Numbered from the stretch's first letter, positions 19,032 through 29,665 are shown. The stretch is 64,000 bases of DNA from an uncultured Methylomirabilota bacterium (GCA_963695995.1 CAVOIV010000029.1:19-64018), one strand, 5' to 3'. The notes: generated from the sequence alone by a model not told the origin. Made by a program: numbers and translations.

Positions 19032-20045
19032 CTACTTCCGCGTCGCCTCGATCGCCTTGAAGAGGCTGTCCACGTACTCCTTGCCGATCTCCTTCTCCGC
19101 CCACGCCTTGACCGGCGGCTGGGCGAGGTTGCGGAATTTCGCGAGCTCGGCGGGTGTGATCTCCGTGACCTCCATGCCGAGCTTCCCGAGGATCTCCTTG
19201 GCGTTCTTGTCCTGATCGCTCGTCATCTTGCGGTGGATAGCCGTGGCCTTCTGCGTGCCCTCCTCCACCGCCTTCCGCTCGACGGCCGAGAGGCCCTGGT
19301 AGTACTTCTCGTTGATCGTGTAGCCATGGACGCTCCAGACGTGGCCGTCCAGGGTGATGTACTTCTGGTACTGGTACAGGCTGGCGGCCAGGATGTTGGT
19401 CACGCCGTTTTCCTGCCCGTCCACGACCTTCTGCTGCAGGGCCGTCGGCAGCTCCGCCCAGGGGATCGCCGAGGGGCTGGCGCCGAGGGAATTGACGAGG
19501 GTTTGGAACACGGGGCTGGGCATGACGCGCATCTTGAGCCCCTTCATGTCGTCAGGGGTGTGGATGGGCCGCTTGCTGTTGGTGAAGTGGCGTACCCCGT
19601 TGTCGGCGAACGACAGCAGCCGCACCCCGGTCTTCTTGATCATGTCGTCGGAGAACTCCTTCAGCCAGGGGCTGTCGTACACCCGCCACGCGTGCTCGTG
19701 GTTCTCGTAAAGGAACGGGATGCCGAGAACTCCGACGGGCTTGTAGATCACGGCGATGGCGCCGTCATGGGCCACGGCCATGTCCAGCGTGCCGAGCCGG
19801 AGCCCCGACATGGTGTCGGCGTCGTTTCCGAACTGGCCGGCCGGAAAGATCTCGACCTTGATGGAGCCGTTGGTCGCCTTCTCGACGTGCTCCTTGAACG
19901 CGAGTGCGGCGGCATGCTTCGGCTGGTCGGGCCGGGCAGGCTGGAAATGGGCATACTTGAGCACCTTTTGCTGCGCGAACGCGTTCACCGGAAGGGCGAG
20001 CAATACGACCGCCAGGACTATGAGATACCCGCTTCTCCGCTTCAT
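19032..20045 (-). CDS. dctP: TRAP transporter substrate-binding protein (DctP family)
   Basis: MKRRSGYLIVLAVVLLALPVNAFAQQ signal peptide, FPAGQFGNDADTMSGLRLG and QQKVVDGQENG. RBS GGAGGAGG. This is the C-terminal third of the 1001-aa track ORF. Confidence 0.9.
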   Translation of the reverse strand: MKRRSGYLIVLAVVLLALPVNAFAQQKVLKYAHFQPARPDQPKHAAALAFKEHVEKATNGSIKVEIFPAGQFGNDADTMSGLRLGTLDMAVAHDGAIAVIYKPVGVLGIPFLYENHEHAWRVYDSPWLKEFSDDMIKKTGVRLLSFADNGVRHFTNSKRPIHTPDDMKGLKMRVMPSPVFQTLVNSLGASPSAIPWAELPTALQQKVVDGQENGVTNILAASLYQYQKYITLDGHVWSVHGYTINEKYYQGLSAVERKAVEEGTQKATAIHRKMTSDQDKNAKEILGKLGMEVTEITPAELAKFRNLAQPPVKAWAEKEIGKEYVDSLFKAIEATRK

Positions 20046-20071
20046 GGCACCTCCTCCTTCTCTCTTCAGGG

Positions 20072-21361
20072 TTAACGAGCGAACCCGAACCATCTGGGCA
20101 GGGTCACGCTGATCGCCGGGATGTACACAACCATCGCAAGCACCACCATGAGCGCAAATATCATGGGCAGGATGGCCCGCGAGAGCTTCGCGAAGTTCAG
20201 TTGGCCGACGGCCGTGATGATGAAGAGGACGGCACCCACGGGGGGCGTCACCATGCCGATCGTGATGTTGAGTACGAAGGCCATGGCGAAGTGCAGCGGA
20301 TCGATCCCCACCTGGTCCGCCACGGGGGCGAGCACGGGCACCAGGATGATCACGGCGGGGAGAGTATCGATGAACAGCCCGCAGATCAACACGAAGATCG
20401 CGACGAGCGTTATGATGATGGTTGGGTTGCGGCTCAGGCCGGTGATGTACGCCGCGACGGTCTGCGGGACCTGGACCAGCGTCAGGATATTGGCGAACAG
20501 GGATGCCATGGAGACGATCACCAGGGCCGCCGAGCTGACGAGCGCGCTCTGCACCACGACCTTGGGAAGAATCCGCAGAGTCAGTTTCTTGGTGACGAAG
20601 AATCCGATGAAGAGGGCGTAGAACACCCCCACGGCGGAGGCCTCGGTAGCCGTGAAGATGCCGCCCAGGATCCCGCCGATGATGATCACCGGCATGAGCA
20701 AGGCCGGGACGGCCCGCCACATACTGAGCAGCCGCTCCCGCCAGCCCACCAGGGGCGAGCGGAACAGGTAGTTGCGTCGGACCGCCGTCACGTGGTTCAC
20801 CAGACAGAGGGCCAGGCCCATGAGGATGCCGGGAACCACGCCGGCCAGAAACAGCCCCGCCACGGTCACCTTGCTGTCGGTGATGGCGTAGATCACCATG
20901 ATGATGCTGGGGGGAATGATGGGCCCGATGGTGGCGTTGGCGGCGGTCAGGGCCGCGGAGTAATACTCGTCGTACCCCGCCTTCTTCATCATGCGCATGA
21001 CCAACGCGCCGGGGCCCGCGGCGTCTGCCAGCGCGGAGCCGCTGATCCCGGAGAAGATCATCTCCGTCAGCACGTTGACATGCCCGAGGCCGCCCCGGAT
21101 GTGGCCGACCAGGTTGTTGGTGAAGCGGAGCAGGGACATGGTGATGCCGCTCGCACTCATGAGGTCGGCCGCCAGGATGAAGAACGGGACCGCCATCAGG
21201 GGGAAGGAGTTGATCCCGTTGAAGAACCGCTGGGGCACGGTCAGGAGCGACAGCTTGCCGTCCGCCAGCAGGGCCAGGAATCCCGACCCACCCATGCTGA
21301 TGGCGACGGGAAAGCCGATCGCCATACCCAGGAAGAAGGTGACGATGAGTGTGATCCCCAT
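20072..21361 (-). CDS. dctM: TRAP large permease (DctM), intact
   Basis: 429 aa with FPLMAVPFFILAADLMS, HIRGGLGHVNV, GPIIPPSI and MVTPPVG. Confidence 0.92.
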   Translation of the reverse strand: MGITLIVTFFLGMAIGFPVAISMGGSGFLALLADGKLSLLTVPQRFFNGINSFPLMAVPFFILAADLMSASGITMSLLRFTNNLVGHIRGGLGHVNVLTEMIFSGISGSALADAAGPGALVMRMMKKAGYDEYYSAALTAANATIGPIIPPSIIMVIYAITDSKVTVAGLFLAGVVPGILMGLALCLVNHVTAVRRNYLFRSPLVGWRERLLSMWRAVPALLMPVIIIGGILGGIFTATEASAVGVFYALFIGFFVTKKLTLRILPKVVVQSALVSSAALVIVSMASLFANILTLVQVPQTVAAYITGLSRNPTIIITLVAIFVLICGLFIDTLPAVIILVPVLAPVADQVGIDPLHFAMAFVLNITIGMVTPPVGAVLFIITAVGQLNFAKLSRAILPMIFALMVVLAMVVYIPAISVTLPRWFGFAR

Positions 21362-21364
21362 GAA

Positions 21365-21880
21365 CTACGCCTCCTCCCCCGAGAGGTCTTCCAGGACGTG
21401 CCCCGGTGTGAACCGCCTGTCCGCGTAGTTGCGGAACATGAGCACGAGGTGCACGGCGAAGAGGAGGGTGCCGATGGGGATCGCCAGGGACGGGATGCCG
21501 AGGGAGATGTTCAGGACGGGGGTCTCCTGGTTCCAGACGAAGACGGCGAACTGGAAGCCGAGAACTGTCACCGCCCCGAGAAAAGCGAGTACGAGGCCCC
21601 CAACCACCATCCTCAGCTTCCGGCCCAGCGCAACGGGCAGGCCGTCGTGCAACATCTCCAGGGCCACGTGACGACCCTCGCGCAAGGCGAGGCCGGCGCC
21701 AAGGTAGGCGATCCAGATCATCAGGTACTGGGAGACCTCCTCTGCCCAGATGATCGAGAAGTTGAACACGTACCGGGTGATGACGTTGACGAAGACCAAG
21801 GTCGCCATCACGGCCATCATGAGGAAGATGACCGCCCGGTTGGCCGCGACGAGGTACCGCTCGAATCGACTCTCGGGCAT
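21365..21880 (-). CDS. dctQ: TRAP small permease (DctQ), intact
   Basis: 171 aa with FVNVITRYVFNFSIIWAEEVSQYLMIWIAYLGAG, immediately upstream of dctM. Confidence 0.88.
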   Translation of the reverse strand: MPESRFERYLVAANRAVIFLMMAVMATLVFVNVITRYVFNFSIIWAEEVSQYLMIWIAYLGAGLALREGRHVALEMLHDGLPVALGRKLRMVVGGLVLAFLGAVTVLGFQFAVFVWNQETPVLNISLGIPSLAIPIGTLLFAVHLVLMFRNYADRRFTPGHVLEDLSGEEA

Positions 21881-21916
21881 GGGGAACCTCCGAAGAAATG
21901 AGGTACCGGACAGCTT

Positions 21917-22093
21917 TCAGAGTCCAAGAGCGCGAAATTGGGGCGACACGGAGACAACTCTCCGGCGCATCGCCGCAAGGTGGGCGAGCAAAGCCTCGAA
22001 GTCCGCCGCGCTCGTGAAAAACGCCCGGTTGTTGCACCGGGCGACCACGTGCACCCTACTGCCTGGGGCCACGATTCGCAGCGCGCGGGGCAT
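21917..22093 (-). pseudogene. IS200/IS605-type Y1 transposase (RAYT-like), N-terminal stub
   Basis: MPRALRIVAPGSRVHVVARCNNRAFFTSAADFEALLAHLAA fits the Y1_Tnp N-terminus (PR..R...pG..yHV..RgN.R). It ends after about 58 aa. Confidence 0.5.
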
Positions 22094-22384
22094 CGAGACT
22101 CGACGGACGGGGCGTACGAGATCATCCGCCAACAAATACGATGTCACAGCGATCCCCCCTGCTCGACGCGCGCCCAAGATTTCAATTTCTCTATCCGTAC
22201 AACCAAGTAGTGACGCACCAAGAGGTGTCCGGTACCTTTACTGCGCACCGCACCGGCTGCCGCGCAAGTGCAGGCACGGTATCACGAGTCGCCCATCGTC
22301 TCAAGCGAACGCCGTACTGTAACATGACCGGTGGAATTCTGGGGACGCCATACTGATTTGAGGAATGGATCGGGGGGTGAAGCC

Positions 22385-22486
22385 ATGGCGCGCATTGCCC
22401 GGGCGGTCGCCCCCGGCATCCCGCGCCGCACCACCCAGCGGGGGAACCGGCGGCACGGCAGCGGAGCGGGCGGGGAATCGAATTGA
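22385..22486 (+). pseudogene. Second Y1 transposase (RAYT-like) N-terminal stub, facing the first
   Basis: MARIARAVAPGIPRRTTQRGNRR resembles MARxxRxxxPGxPHHVTQRGNRR. It stops after 33 codons. Confidence 0.4.
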
Positions 22487-22752
22487 CACCCGGAGACCGC
22501 CATGTTAACCATCTCGTCACGCAGGAGAGATGCGGCAGTCCCGTTTCGCGATGCCTTCGGGGAATCGAACGCGAACCCGCTCACGGCACGACAAGCGAGG
22601 GTCGGAGCAGTGGCAGGCCAGGGGGATCGCTCTGCCAGGATCTCCTGGGCCGACGCGCATCACGAACGCCGTCACGTTTCCTCCGTCTTCCTCATCGCGC
22701 AGCACACTCACCTCGACCCTCCTCGGGGCGACGAGACGCCGGGGTACCGGGT

Positions 22753-25127
22753 ATGGCATTCAATCGACGCAGAGTATTGGCTCGGGTTCTGGGGCTCACG
22801 CTGCTCTGGCTGGCCCTGGCGTCTCCCGGTCCGGCGCGGGCGCAAGATGCGGCGAGTCCCATCCCGGCCGCAGAGATCGCGTCGCGGGCCGCTGAGGTCG
22901 CTGCCCTGCTGGCGAATGTGGACAGCCTGTCCGCTCCGGGCCCCGAAATGCAGGCGATCGAGCAAGAGTTGCCCGAGATGAGCAAGCGCCTCCAGGAGCG
23001 ATGGGAGCGTCTCCCGCGACGCTTGGCAAGCGATCCGTCCGCGCCCGCACTCCAGGGGCTGGCCGTCGTCTGGCAAGGGATGCGGACGGAGCTGAACGAG
23101 TGGACCGACACGCTTGGCGCAACGAGGGACGAATCTCCAGCGCGAGCTCAAGCGTCTGTCCGACCTGGATGACACGTGGGCGCGGTCCCTCAAGGAGATC
23201 CAGAGCGCTCAGGTCCCGCCGCAACTGATCGCGGAGATTCATGCCATGCGCGACGGGATCAACTCGGCGCGGACGCGGGTGAACTCGCGCCTGGCCGAGG
23301 TGCTGGTGTTGGAGTATCGCGTCTCCCTGGAGCAGCGGCGCGCCGATCAGGCGCTGGCGCGGATCGCACGGGCGCGGTCGGAGCTGTTCAGTCGTCTGGG
23401 CGTGCGGAATGCGCTGCCCATCTGGAGTCCCGATCTCTGGGCCAGAGCCCAGGGGCAATTCGTCACGGGTCTCCGTGACGCCGGCCTGCGCTGGTGGAAT
23501 ACCCTGGCGGGTGAAGGGGAGGATCAGGCGAAACGGGTCGCCCTGCATATTCTGGGATGTCTTCTCCTGTTCGCCCTTCTGCTGCGGGCCCGTCGCCTGG
23601 TCGCGCTGTGGACCGCCTCGGATCGGCGCGCAGGCGTCAACTGGATGCTGCAGCGGCCGGCCTCCGCGGCGCTCGCCCTCGCCATCTTCGCCTCGCCGTG
23701 GATCTATCCGACCTACTCGTTTGCACTCTTTGCCACCTCGCGGTTCATTTCCATCTTCCCGGCGATTCGCCTCCTCCTCGCTCTCGTTCCGGCCGGGGTG
23801 TCCCGCGGCCTGTATGCCTTCGGGGTGGTCCTCGCGCTGGAGGCGTTCCGACCGCTGCTCTTTCCGGCACGGGATCTCGAGCACGTGCTCTTCCTGGCTG
23901 ACCTCCTGGCCGGAGGCCTGCTGGTCGGCTGGATGTGGCGGGCGACACGCCGCGTCGCTCCAACGGGTGACACGCGGACCGGCGAGGGCGGCCCCCCTGA
24001 TCGCGCTCTGGCCTTGATCCTGTCGTTGACCTTCATCCTGGCGTTCCTGGCGGGAATGGCGGGCTATCTGCAACTGGCCCGTCTACTGGCCACCGCCGCG
24101 GTGCGGAGCGCGTACGCGTGGCTGACCATCCGCGTGGTGGTCTGGCTGGTCCAGTTGCTGGTCGCCTGTTTCCTCTGGGCGCGCCCGCTCGGGGCGCTCG
24201 CGTCGGTGCAGCGGAATCGGACCTATGTCGAGGGACGAGCCGGTCTCGTCCTGACCTGGATCGGGTTTGCGACCTGGCTCTTGGTCCCATTGAGCGCGCT
24301 GACGATTTCCGACAACGCGATCGCGGTGGCTCGGACCGTGCTGGACACTGGATTCGGGTGGGGAACGATCCAGATCACCCTCGGCGATGTCCTGCTCTTT
24401 GGCGCGACGGCGTGGGCGGCGTTTACCCTGTCCGCCGTCGTTCGCGCCATGCTCGAAGGGGATGTCTTTCCGCGCGTTCGTCTCGCCGAAGGCGTGCCCC
24501 TCGCCTTGGCGAACCTGGCGCACTACGCGATCCTGTTCGTCGGGTTCGTCGTGGCACGTGACGTTCTTGGGCGTCGACCTGACGAAGGTCACCATCCTGG
24601 TGGGGGCCTTCGGCGTCGGCGTCGGGTTCGGCTTGCAGACGGTCGTGAACAATTTCGCCTCGGGGCTGATCCTCCTGTTTGAGCGGCCCATTCGCGTGGG
24701 AGACGTGGTGCAGGTCGGGGATATCCAGGGCGAGGTCCGTCACATCGGGATCCGGGCCAGTACCGTGCGAACCTGGAAGGGCGCGGACGTGTTCATACCC
24801 AATGCGCAGCTGGTGACCGAGAAAGTCACGAACTGGACCTACACGGATCGCAGGCTCCGGATTGACCTCCGCATCGTTGCGGCTGCGGCCAGCGATCCTG
24901 GGCGGGTGAAGGAGTTGGTGTGCGGGATTGCGCGCAGCCACCCAGACGTCTTGCGCGAGCCGCCCCCGGCGGCCTTCTCCATCGGTTTCGGAGACAGCGG
25001 GCTCACGTTTGAGCTCCGGGTATGGACGAATCGGTTCGAGCGATCTGATGCGATCCGGAGTGAGTTGGCTGAGACCGTATCCGCTGCCCTGACCGAGGCG
25101 AAGATCGCTCACACCACGGTGGGATGA
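22753..25127 (+). CDS. Large MscS-family mechanosensitive channel (MscK/KefA-like), 2 frame breaks near 23118 and 24557
   Basis: Signal peptide, then a coiled periplasmic domain and multiple TMs. The MscS core reads GFGLQTVVNNFASGLILLFERPIRVGDVVQVGDIQGEVRHIGIRASTVRTW. Confidence 0.85.
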
Positions 25128-25357
25128 GCGACGACCAGCGGCTGACACAACGGCCGGGGAGAAGGCGCCACCCGGTCCCGATGGAAGTGACACCTGCCGG
25201 GTTGAGCCAGCATCTGCTCGATCGGCGGGATCGTCGGGTCCAACCTGGGCGATTGGGAGACGAGAGGCGGCAGAGCCACACGGGCGCGGGGCGTCGGGAT
25301 GCGAAGGGGCCAGGGCGCACACTCGCGACCGCGAGGACCCAAGGCGATGGACGATCC

Positions 25358-25684
25358 TCAGTCCGCACCGGCGGCCGCGAGGGCCGGGAGCCGCCGGATC
25401 TTTCGGATCGCCTTGGCAGCCGGCGAACGCGTGGCATGGTACAGGTCCCAGGCCAGCTGCAGGTTGAGCCAGAATTGGGCCTCCATCCCGAACAGACGCT
25501 CCAGCCGGAGGGCCGTGTCGGGCGTCATGCCCCGCTTCCCGTGGACGAGTTCGTTCACCCGGGGGAACGAGACCCCGATCCGGTCGGCCAGCTCCATCTG
25601 CGATATTCCCAGCGGCGTCAGGAACTCCTCGAGGAGCATCCTGCCAGGATGCGTCGGCGGTCCATGGGTTGGAATGCGTACCAT
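25358..25684 (-). CDS. higA: HigA-family antitoxin (XRE HTH)
   Basis: PTHPGRMLLEEFLTPLGISQMELADRIGVSFPRVNELVHGKRGMTPDTALRLERLFGMEAQFWLNLQ. RBS GGAGGGG is upstream. Confidence 0.88.
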   Translation of the reverse strand: MVRIPTHGPPTHPGRMLLEEFLTPLGISQMELADRIGVSFPRVNELVHGKRGMTPDTALRLERLFGMEAQFWLNLQLAWDLYHATRSPAAKAIRKIRRLPALAAAGAD

Positions 25685-25697
25685 CGTCGTCCCCTCC

Positions 25698-25884
25698 TCA
25701 CTGCGCCAGCGCGGCGGACGACCACGCATACCACTGGGTGTCCTCGGTGAGCACGTCCAGGAAGCGTTTGAGGAAGATCGATTTGTTCCTCGGACCCACT
25801 CCGGCACTGTCGCTGCTTCCCAATATTCTCAGCGCGTGATCCCCTGCGACGGTTTCGTCGGCCGGCCCAAGACGCCCTGACCCA
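25698..25884 (-). pseudogene. higB: Possible HigB (killer-protein family) toxin remnant, N-terminal half only
   Basis: DHALRILGSSDSAGVGPRNKSIFLKRFLDVLTEDTQ loosely follows the HigB N-terminal pattern (K.L..LF..G...G.p.....ri..RL..id.A). There is no start codon, the stop comes about 45 aa early, and the stop is 13 nt before higA. GC is lower here. Confidence 0.3.
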
Positions 25885-27292
25885 TTACAGGGGTAGCCTC
25901 GGCCTGGATTGACCTGCGCGTGGAGGGCCGGAACGCCTGAGTGGTCCACGGCGAAACGGACGGCGGCGGCGGACCGCCCGCCGCGTCGGGGAAGCCCGGC
26001 GCCGGCGTAGGGTCCGGATCCCAATCGCCAGCAAGGCCACAGCGGCAACCCCACCCAGGCCGAGTCCGAACTTCTTCCCAAGTTGCATGAAGCGCGGATT
26101 CTTGTCCACCTGCATCTGTGCGTCGGCTCGCAGGCGATCGATATCCGGGAAGCCGGCCATGATCCGGAGGGCGGCGTCCGTGTGCGCAAGGCTCCGCCGG
26201 TACTCCCCGGCAAAGTAGGCGTTCACTCCCTGGCTCCACTCTCGCATGAAGAGGGTGTCCGGCTCCGGCACGACGCCGATCTGCCGGGTGAATTCGCGGA
26301 CCGAGTCCACCGGAATCAGAAAGTTGAAGCCCTGGATCGCCTGATCGCCCTCGATCGTGGTCGAGATGAAGGTCGCCACGCCGATCACGTCGCCCTGGAG
26401 ATTGAACGCCGGCCCGCCGCTGTTCCCCCACGTGATGGACGCATCGGTCTGGATCACCCGCCGATTGGTCAGGTCGATTTTGAATCCGGAGACGCGCCCC
26501 ACCGTCACCGACGCCTCCAACTGCGAGTGCCGGCTCAGGAAGTCATGGTTCAGGACCACCCCCGGGTACCCGAGCACGAAGACCTGCTCGCCCAATCTGA
26601 GGTTCGCGCTGCTCGGCGCCAGGCGGACCGTGGGCAGGTCGTGCGCATCGATCTTGAGGAGCGCGACGTCCTTCCCCGAGCGCTCCGGCTCGAGCCCGGC
26701 GCCCGCGGATGCGCGCGTGCTCGCGGACGGCGCCTCTGCCGGCTTGATCGCGGGGCTATACGCCTTGATCTCGGCCGCGTAGGTCTCCCCCGTCGACAGG
26801 TGCACCTGGAGCCGCTTGAATAACTGCACCTTCCCGCGGTTGACGGGGTCTGCCGCAATGGCCCGCAGCCGGATCTTCCGGGCGCCATCCGGGACCATCG
26901 CCAGCGCCGGTCCGCAGGCCTGGTCGACCGCCCGCTTCAGGAAATCCTGGGTCAGCCTCGCCTCGTTCATGTCGTAATACTGGGTGACGACGTGACCGTT
27001 GGTGGCGATGTACCCGTCCGGGTGCACAATGAAGCCGCTCCCGGTCTCGTAGGTGGGATCCGGCCGCACACGCCGGACGGGACCGGTGCCGCAGTTCACC
27101 GTGACGTCGGCGGCGATCTCGTTGCTGATCAGGATGACCGCCGGCTTCACCCGCAGGATGCTCGCCTCGAAGCTGGATGTCGTCCGCGCCGACAGCGACG
27201 CCGCCTCCGGGCAACGGCCAGAGGCCGACGAGAAAGAGCCCGAGGGTACGGCGTCCGGTCCGGAAGAGCCGATGCCGGAAGCTGGGATGCAC
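25885..27292 (-). CDS. Trypsin-like (S1C/DegP-type, no PDZ) serine protease with N-terminal signal anchor and C-terminal TM, 1 frame break near 27210
   Basis: Catalytic triad contexts are TNGHVV, KDVALLKID and TWGNSGGPAF. C-terminal segment is GLGLGGVAAVALLAIGI followed by an Arg-rich tail. The N-terminal segment MHPSFRHRLFRTGRRTLGLFLVGLWPLP lies in the adjacent phase. Confidence 0.8.
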
Positions 27293-27509
27293 CAGGGGAT
27301 CGTCATGGTGGCACCAGCGTATCCGGGCTACCGGTCAAAGGCAAGAGGCGAAGAGCGCCCACCACGGAATGGCGATCGGAAGGGGCCCACGGACGTGCGC
27401 CGTCCGGTGGAGGGGTGCGGTGACCACAGCCCCGCTGGCACACGCCCGCTCGATCGTGGCCGTCGCCCCGCACGTCGGCGCCGGATTCCAGGCGCCAGGG
27501 CAAATCCCC

Positions 27510-27538
27510 TTGACGGGCGACTTTTACCAGCCTACATA
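27510..27538 (+). promoter_or_regulatory. Candidate sigma70-type promoter
   Basis: TTGACG, 17 nt, TACATA, about 190 nt upstream of the 27732 gene. Confidence 0.35.
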
Positions 27539-27731
27539 GGAAGCGGGAGCGCCGTGCTGTGCTACGCGCTGCCACCACGACACAGGGCATGGCACAAGGT
27601 GGCTCCGAGCCGGGCGAAGGAGGCCCTCGATTCCCGCAAACGCGGCGAGGCGAGGGTGGGAGGGCTTGCCCGAGGCACGCGGAGGCCGCGCCTACAGCCT
27701 GTGGAAACCTCGGGTGAGGAGGAGGTGGACC

Positions 27732-28181
27732 ATGAAGCGGACACGGTCGGGCGGGCGGAGCCGGGTGGGGATCGGTATCTTTCTCGCGGGCGCTGCAATG
27801 TGGATGCTCGCGCAGTCCGCCCCGGTGACGGCGGCCGGGGATCCCTCGGCCGAGCTCAAGACCGCGGTCACGCACGCCGGGTTTGCCGCCAAGTATGAGT
27901 CCATGAAGGAGGTCACACTGCACCTCCACCATGCGCTCAACTGCCTGGTGGGCCCGCAAGACAAGCTGTTCGACGCTGCGGCGGGCAATCCGTGCCAAGG
28001 CCAGGGTAACGGGTACCTGCCAGACCAGAAGGCGGCGAAACGGGAAAACAACCAGTACTACGAAGTGTGGTGGGCGGCGCAAATCGCGGGGCAGGCCCTC
28101 GCGTCTGACAACCTGGGAGCGGCGAAGGCTGCGGCGCGTATCGTGAACATGGTGCTCGACAATGCCGCAAAGGCGCAGTAG
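27732..28181 (+). CDS. Secreted helical protein of unknown function (HLHH / two-Cys motif)
   Basis: RBS GAGGAGGAGG, signal peptide GIGIFLAGAAMWMLAQSAPVTAA, then ...EVTLHLHHALNCLVGP...GNPCQGQGNG. I recognise no family. Confidence 0.6.
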   Translation: MKRTRSGGRSRVGIGIFLAGAAMWMLAQSAPVTAAGDPSAELKTAVTHAGFAAKYESMKEVTLHLHHALNCLVGPQDKLFDAAAGNPCQGQGNGYLPDQKAAKRENNQYYEVWWAAQIAGQALASDNLGAAKAAARIVNMVLDNAAKAQ

Positions 28182-28212
28182 GTCGGGCCCATCTGCCCCG
28201 AGGTGAACGGGG

Positions 28213-28611
28213 ATGCTCTTTCATCCCTTCGCGGTCCATTTCCCCCTGGCGCTCTGGCTCACGAGTACCTTTTTTGATCTCCTGGCCTGGCGCCACGAGG
28301 ACCCCGTCTACCGGCGCACCGCGTACTGGCTGGTGGGGCTCGGACTCCTGGGCGCGCTTGTTAGCATTGTCTCGGGGTGGATCGACCTGTTGGAGCAAGA
28401 GCGGCAAGGCGTCGGACCCGGATTGCTTCTGCGACACCGCCTGCACAGCGGAGTGGCCTATGCCGCGACGGTGGTGTACGCGGTCAACCTCGGGTGGCGG
28501 TTCCGGTCAGAGAACCGCCTCGCCGGCACGCTGCTCGTGCTCTCGCTGGTCGGGGCGGTGCTGACCGCGATCGCCGGGTACTTGGGCGCGGATTTGCGGA
28601 CCGTGATGTGA
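28213..28611 (+). CDS. DUF2231-family membrane protein
   Basis: MLFHPFAVHFPLALWLTSTFFDLLAW start and 4 predicted TMs, typical of DUF2231. Confidence 0.7.
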   Translation: MLFHPFAVHFPLALWLTSTFFDLLAWRHEDPVYRRTAYWLVGLGLLGALVSIVSGWIDLLEQERQGVGPGLLLRHRLHSGVAYAATVVYAVNLGWRFRSENRLAGTLLVLSLVGAVLTAIAGYLGADLRTVM

Positions 28612-28837
28612 CGGCGAAGAGCGGAAGAGGGCAAAACACTTTCCATCTTCCTCGGACTGCCACGCTTCTCTGATCGAGTCCGAATCCAGCGGCCGAAACC
28701 GAAGCCGCGCGTTGCCTCGGGGTCCGCGCAGCCGCTGCGGAACACAAAGGGCCCAAAGGCCGGCTCGGTCTCTGACAAAGACCCGACCAGGTGAATCGGC
28801 CCCCGGTTTGAAACGCTCTCCAATGGAGGGAATGACG

Positions 28838-29360
28838 ATGCGGATCCGCCTCAGCGTAATGGCCGTGGCCCTGATCGCGGTGCCCGTGGCAGCCGCCCAG
28901 GTCAGCGTGCCTATGGCCCTGGTGACCGAGCAGGGGGTTGGGGCCACGATCGGCACGGTGGCGTTGATGGATAGCCCTGGCGGGTTGGTCATGACGCCCG
29001 AACTCGCCGGCCTGCCCCCCGGCGGTCATGGCTTTCATGTCCACGCGCGCGGCGACTGCGGGGTGACCCTGACCGAGGGCAAACCCGTTCCGGCCGGCGC
29101 CGCGGGCGGCCACTTCGATCCCCACGGGACCGGCACGCATCTCGGCCCGACCGGCACCGGCCATCTCGGGGACCTGCCGGTCCTGGAGGTCGTCTACCGA
29201 TGGTCGCGGTACCACGGCGGTAATTGCCCCACGCCTCACGGTCGCCCAGGTCCGGGGGCTCGCGCTCGTGATCCACGCCGGGGGCGACAACTACGCCGAC
29301 CAGCCGGCCCCACTGGGCGGCGGCGGCCTGCGCATCGCCTGCGGCACCATTCCGCGGTGA
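28838..29360 (+). CDS. sodC: Periplasmic Cu,Zn superoxide dismutase, 1 frame break near 29197
   Basis: [21 protein letters not shown] and [11 protein letters not shown], then a +1 shift to [51 protein letters not shown]. Confidence 0.88.
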
Positions 29361-29524
29361 CCCCGGCGCCCCGGGCGCCACGAGGCGCCGGACGACACGA
29401 CGGGCCGGGGAATAGAAGGGGACGTTCCGCCCTCAGCCACGTTGCGGCGACGTGGAGAATCGGCTACCGGAAAAACCGGCTGAGATCCCGGCTAGCGGCG
29501 CGGGTTGCAGGTTGAGGCGGGGAA

Positions 29525-29560
29525 CACGACGGCCTCGGGTTAGGACCCGAGGCCGTCGTG
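29525..29560. terminator. Perfect 16-bp GC hairpin between convergent sodC and the SDR gene (candidate bidirectional terminator)
   Basis: CACGACGGCCTCGGGT tagg ACCCGAGGCCGTCGTG. No U-tract. Confidence 0.4.
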
Positions 29561-29665
29561 GTGTCTGGGAAGCCGGGCGCTCGGCGGCGGTGCGGTCTTC
29601 GCCGCTCAGATCTTGCTTCTGGTCCCCTTGTGCGTTTTGTGCGTCTTTTGGGGAACCCTTCGCTC

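Noticed and set aside
19032-22037. 1001-aa ORF on the minus strand
   Set aside because: Only its last about 337 codons (from the Met at 20045, preceded by GGAGGAGG) are a real DctP protein. The upstream part is an open alternative phase running across the genuine dctM (20072..21361) and dctQ (21365..21880) genes.
22471-22569. 12-nt direct repeat CGGGGAATCGAA (22471-22482 and 22558-22569) resembling the reverse complement of a tRNA T-loop/stem; possible att-site remnants
   Set aside because: No cloverleaf can be built around either copy. They are only 87 nt apart, and one lies inside the second transposase stub. Too little evidence.
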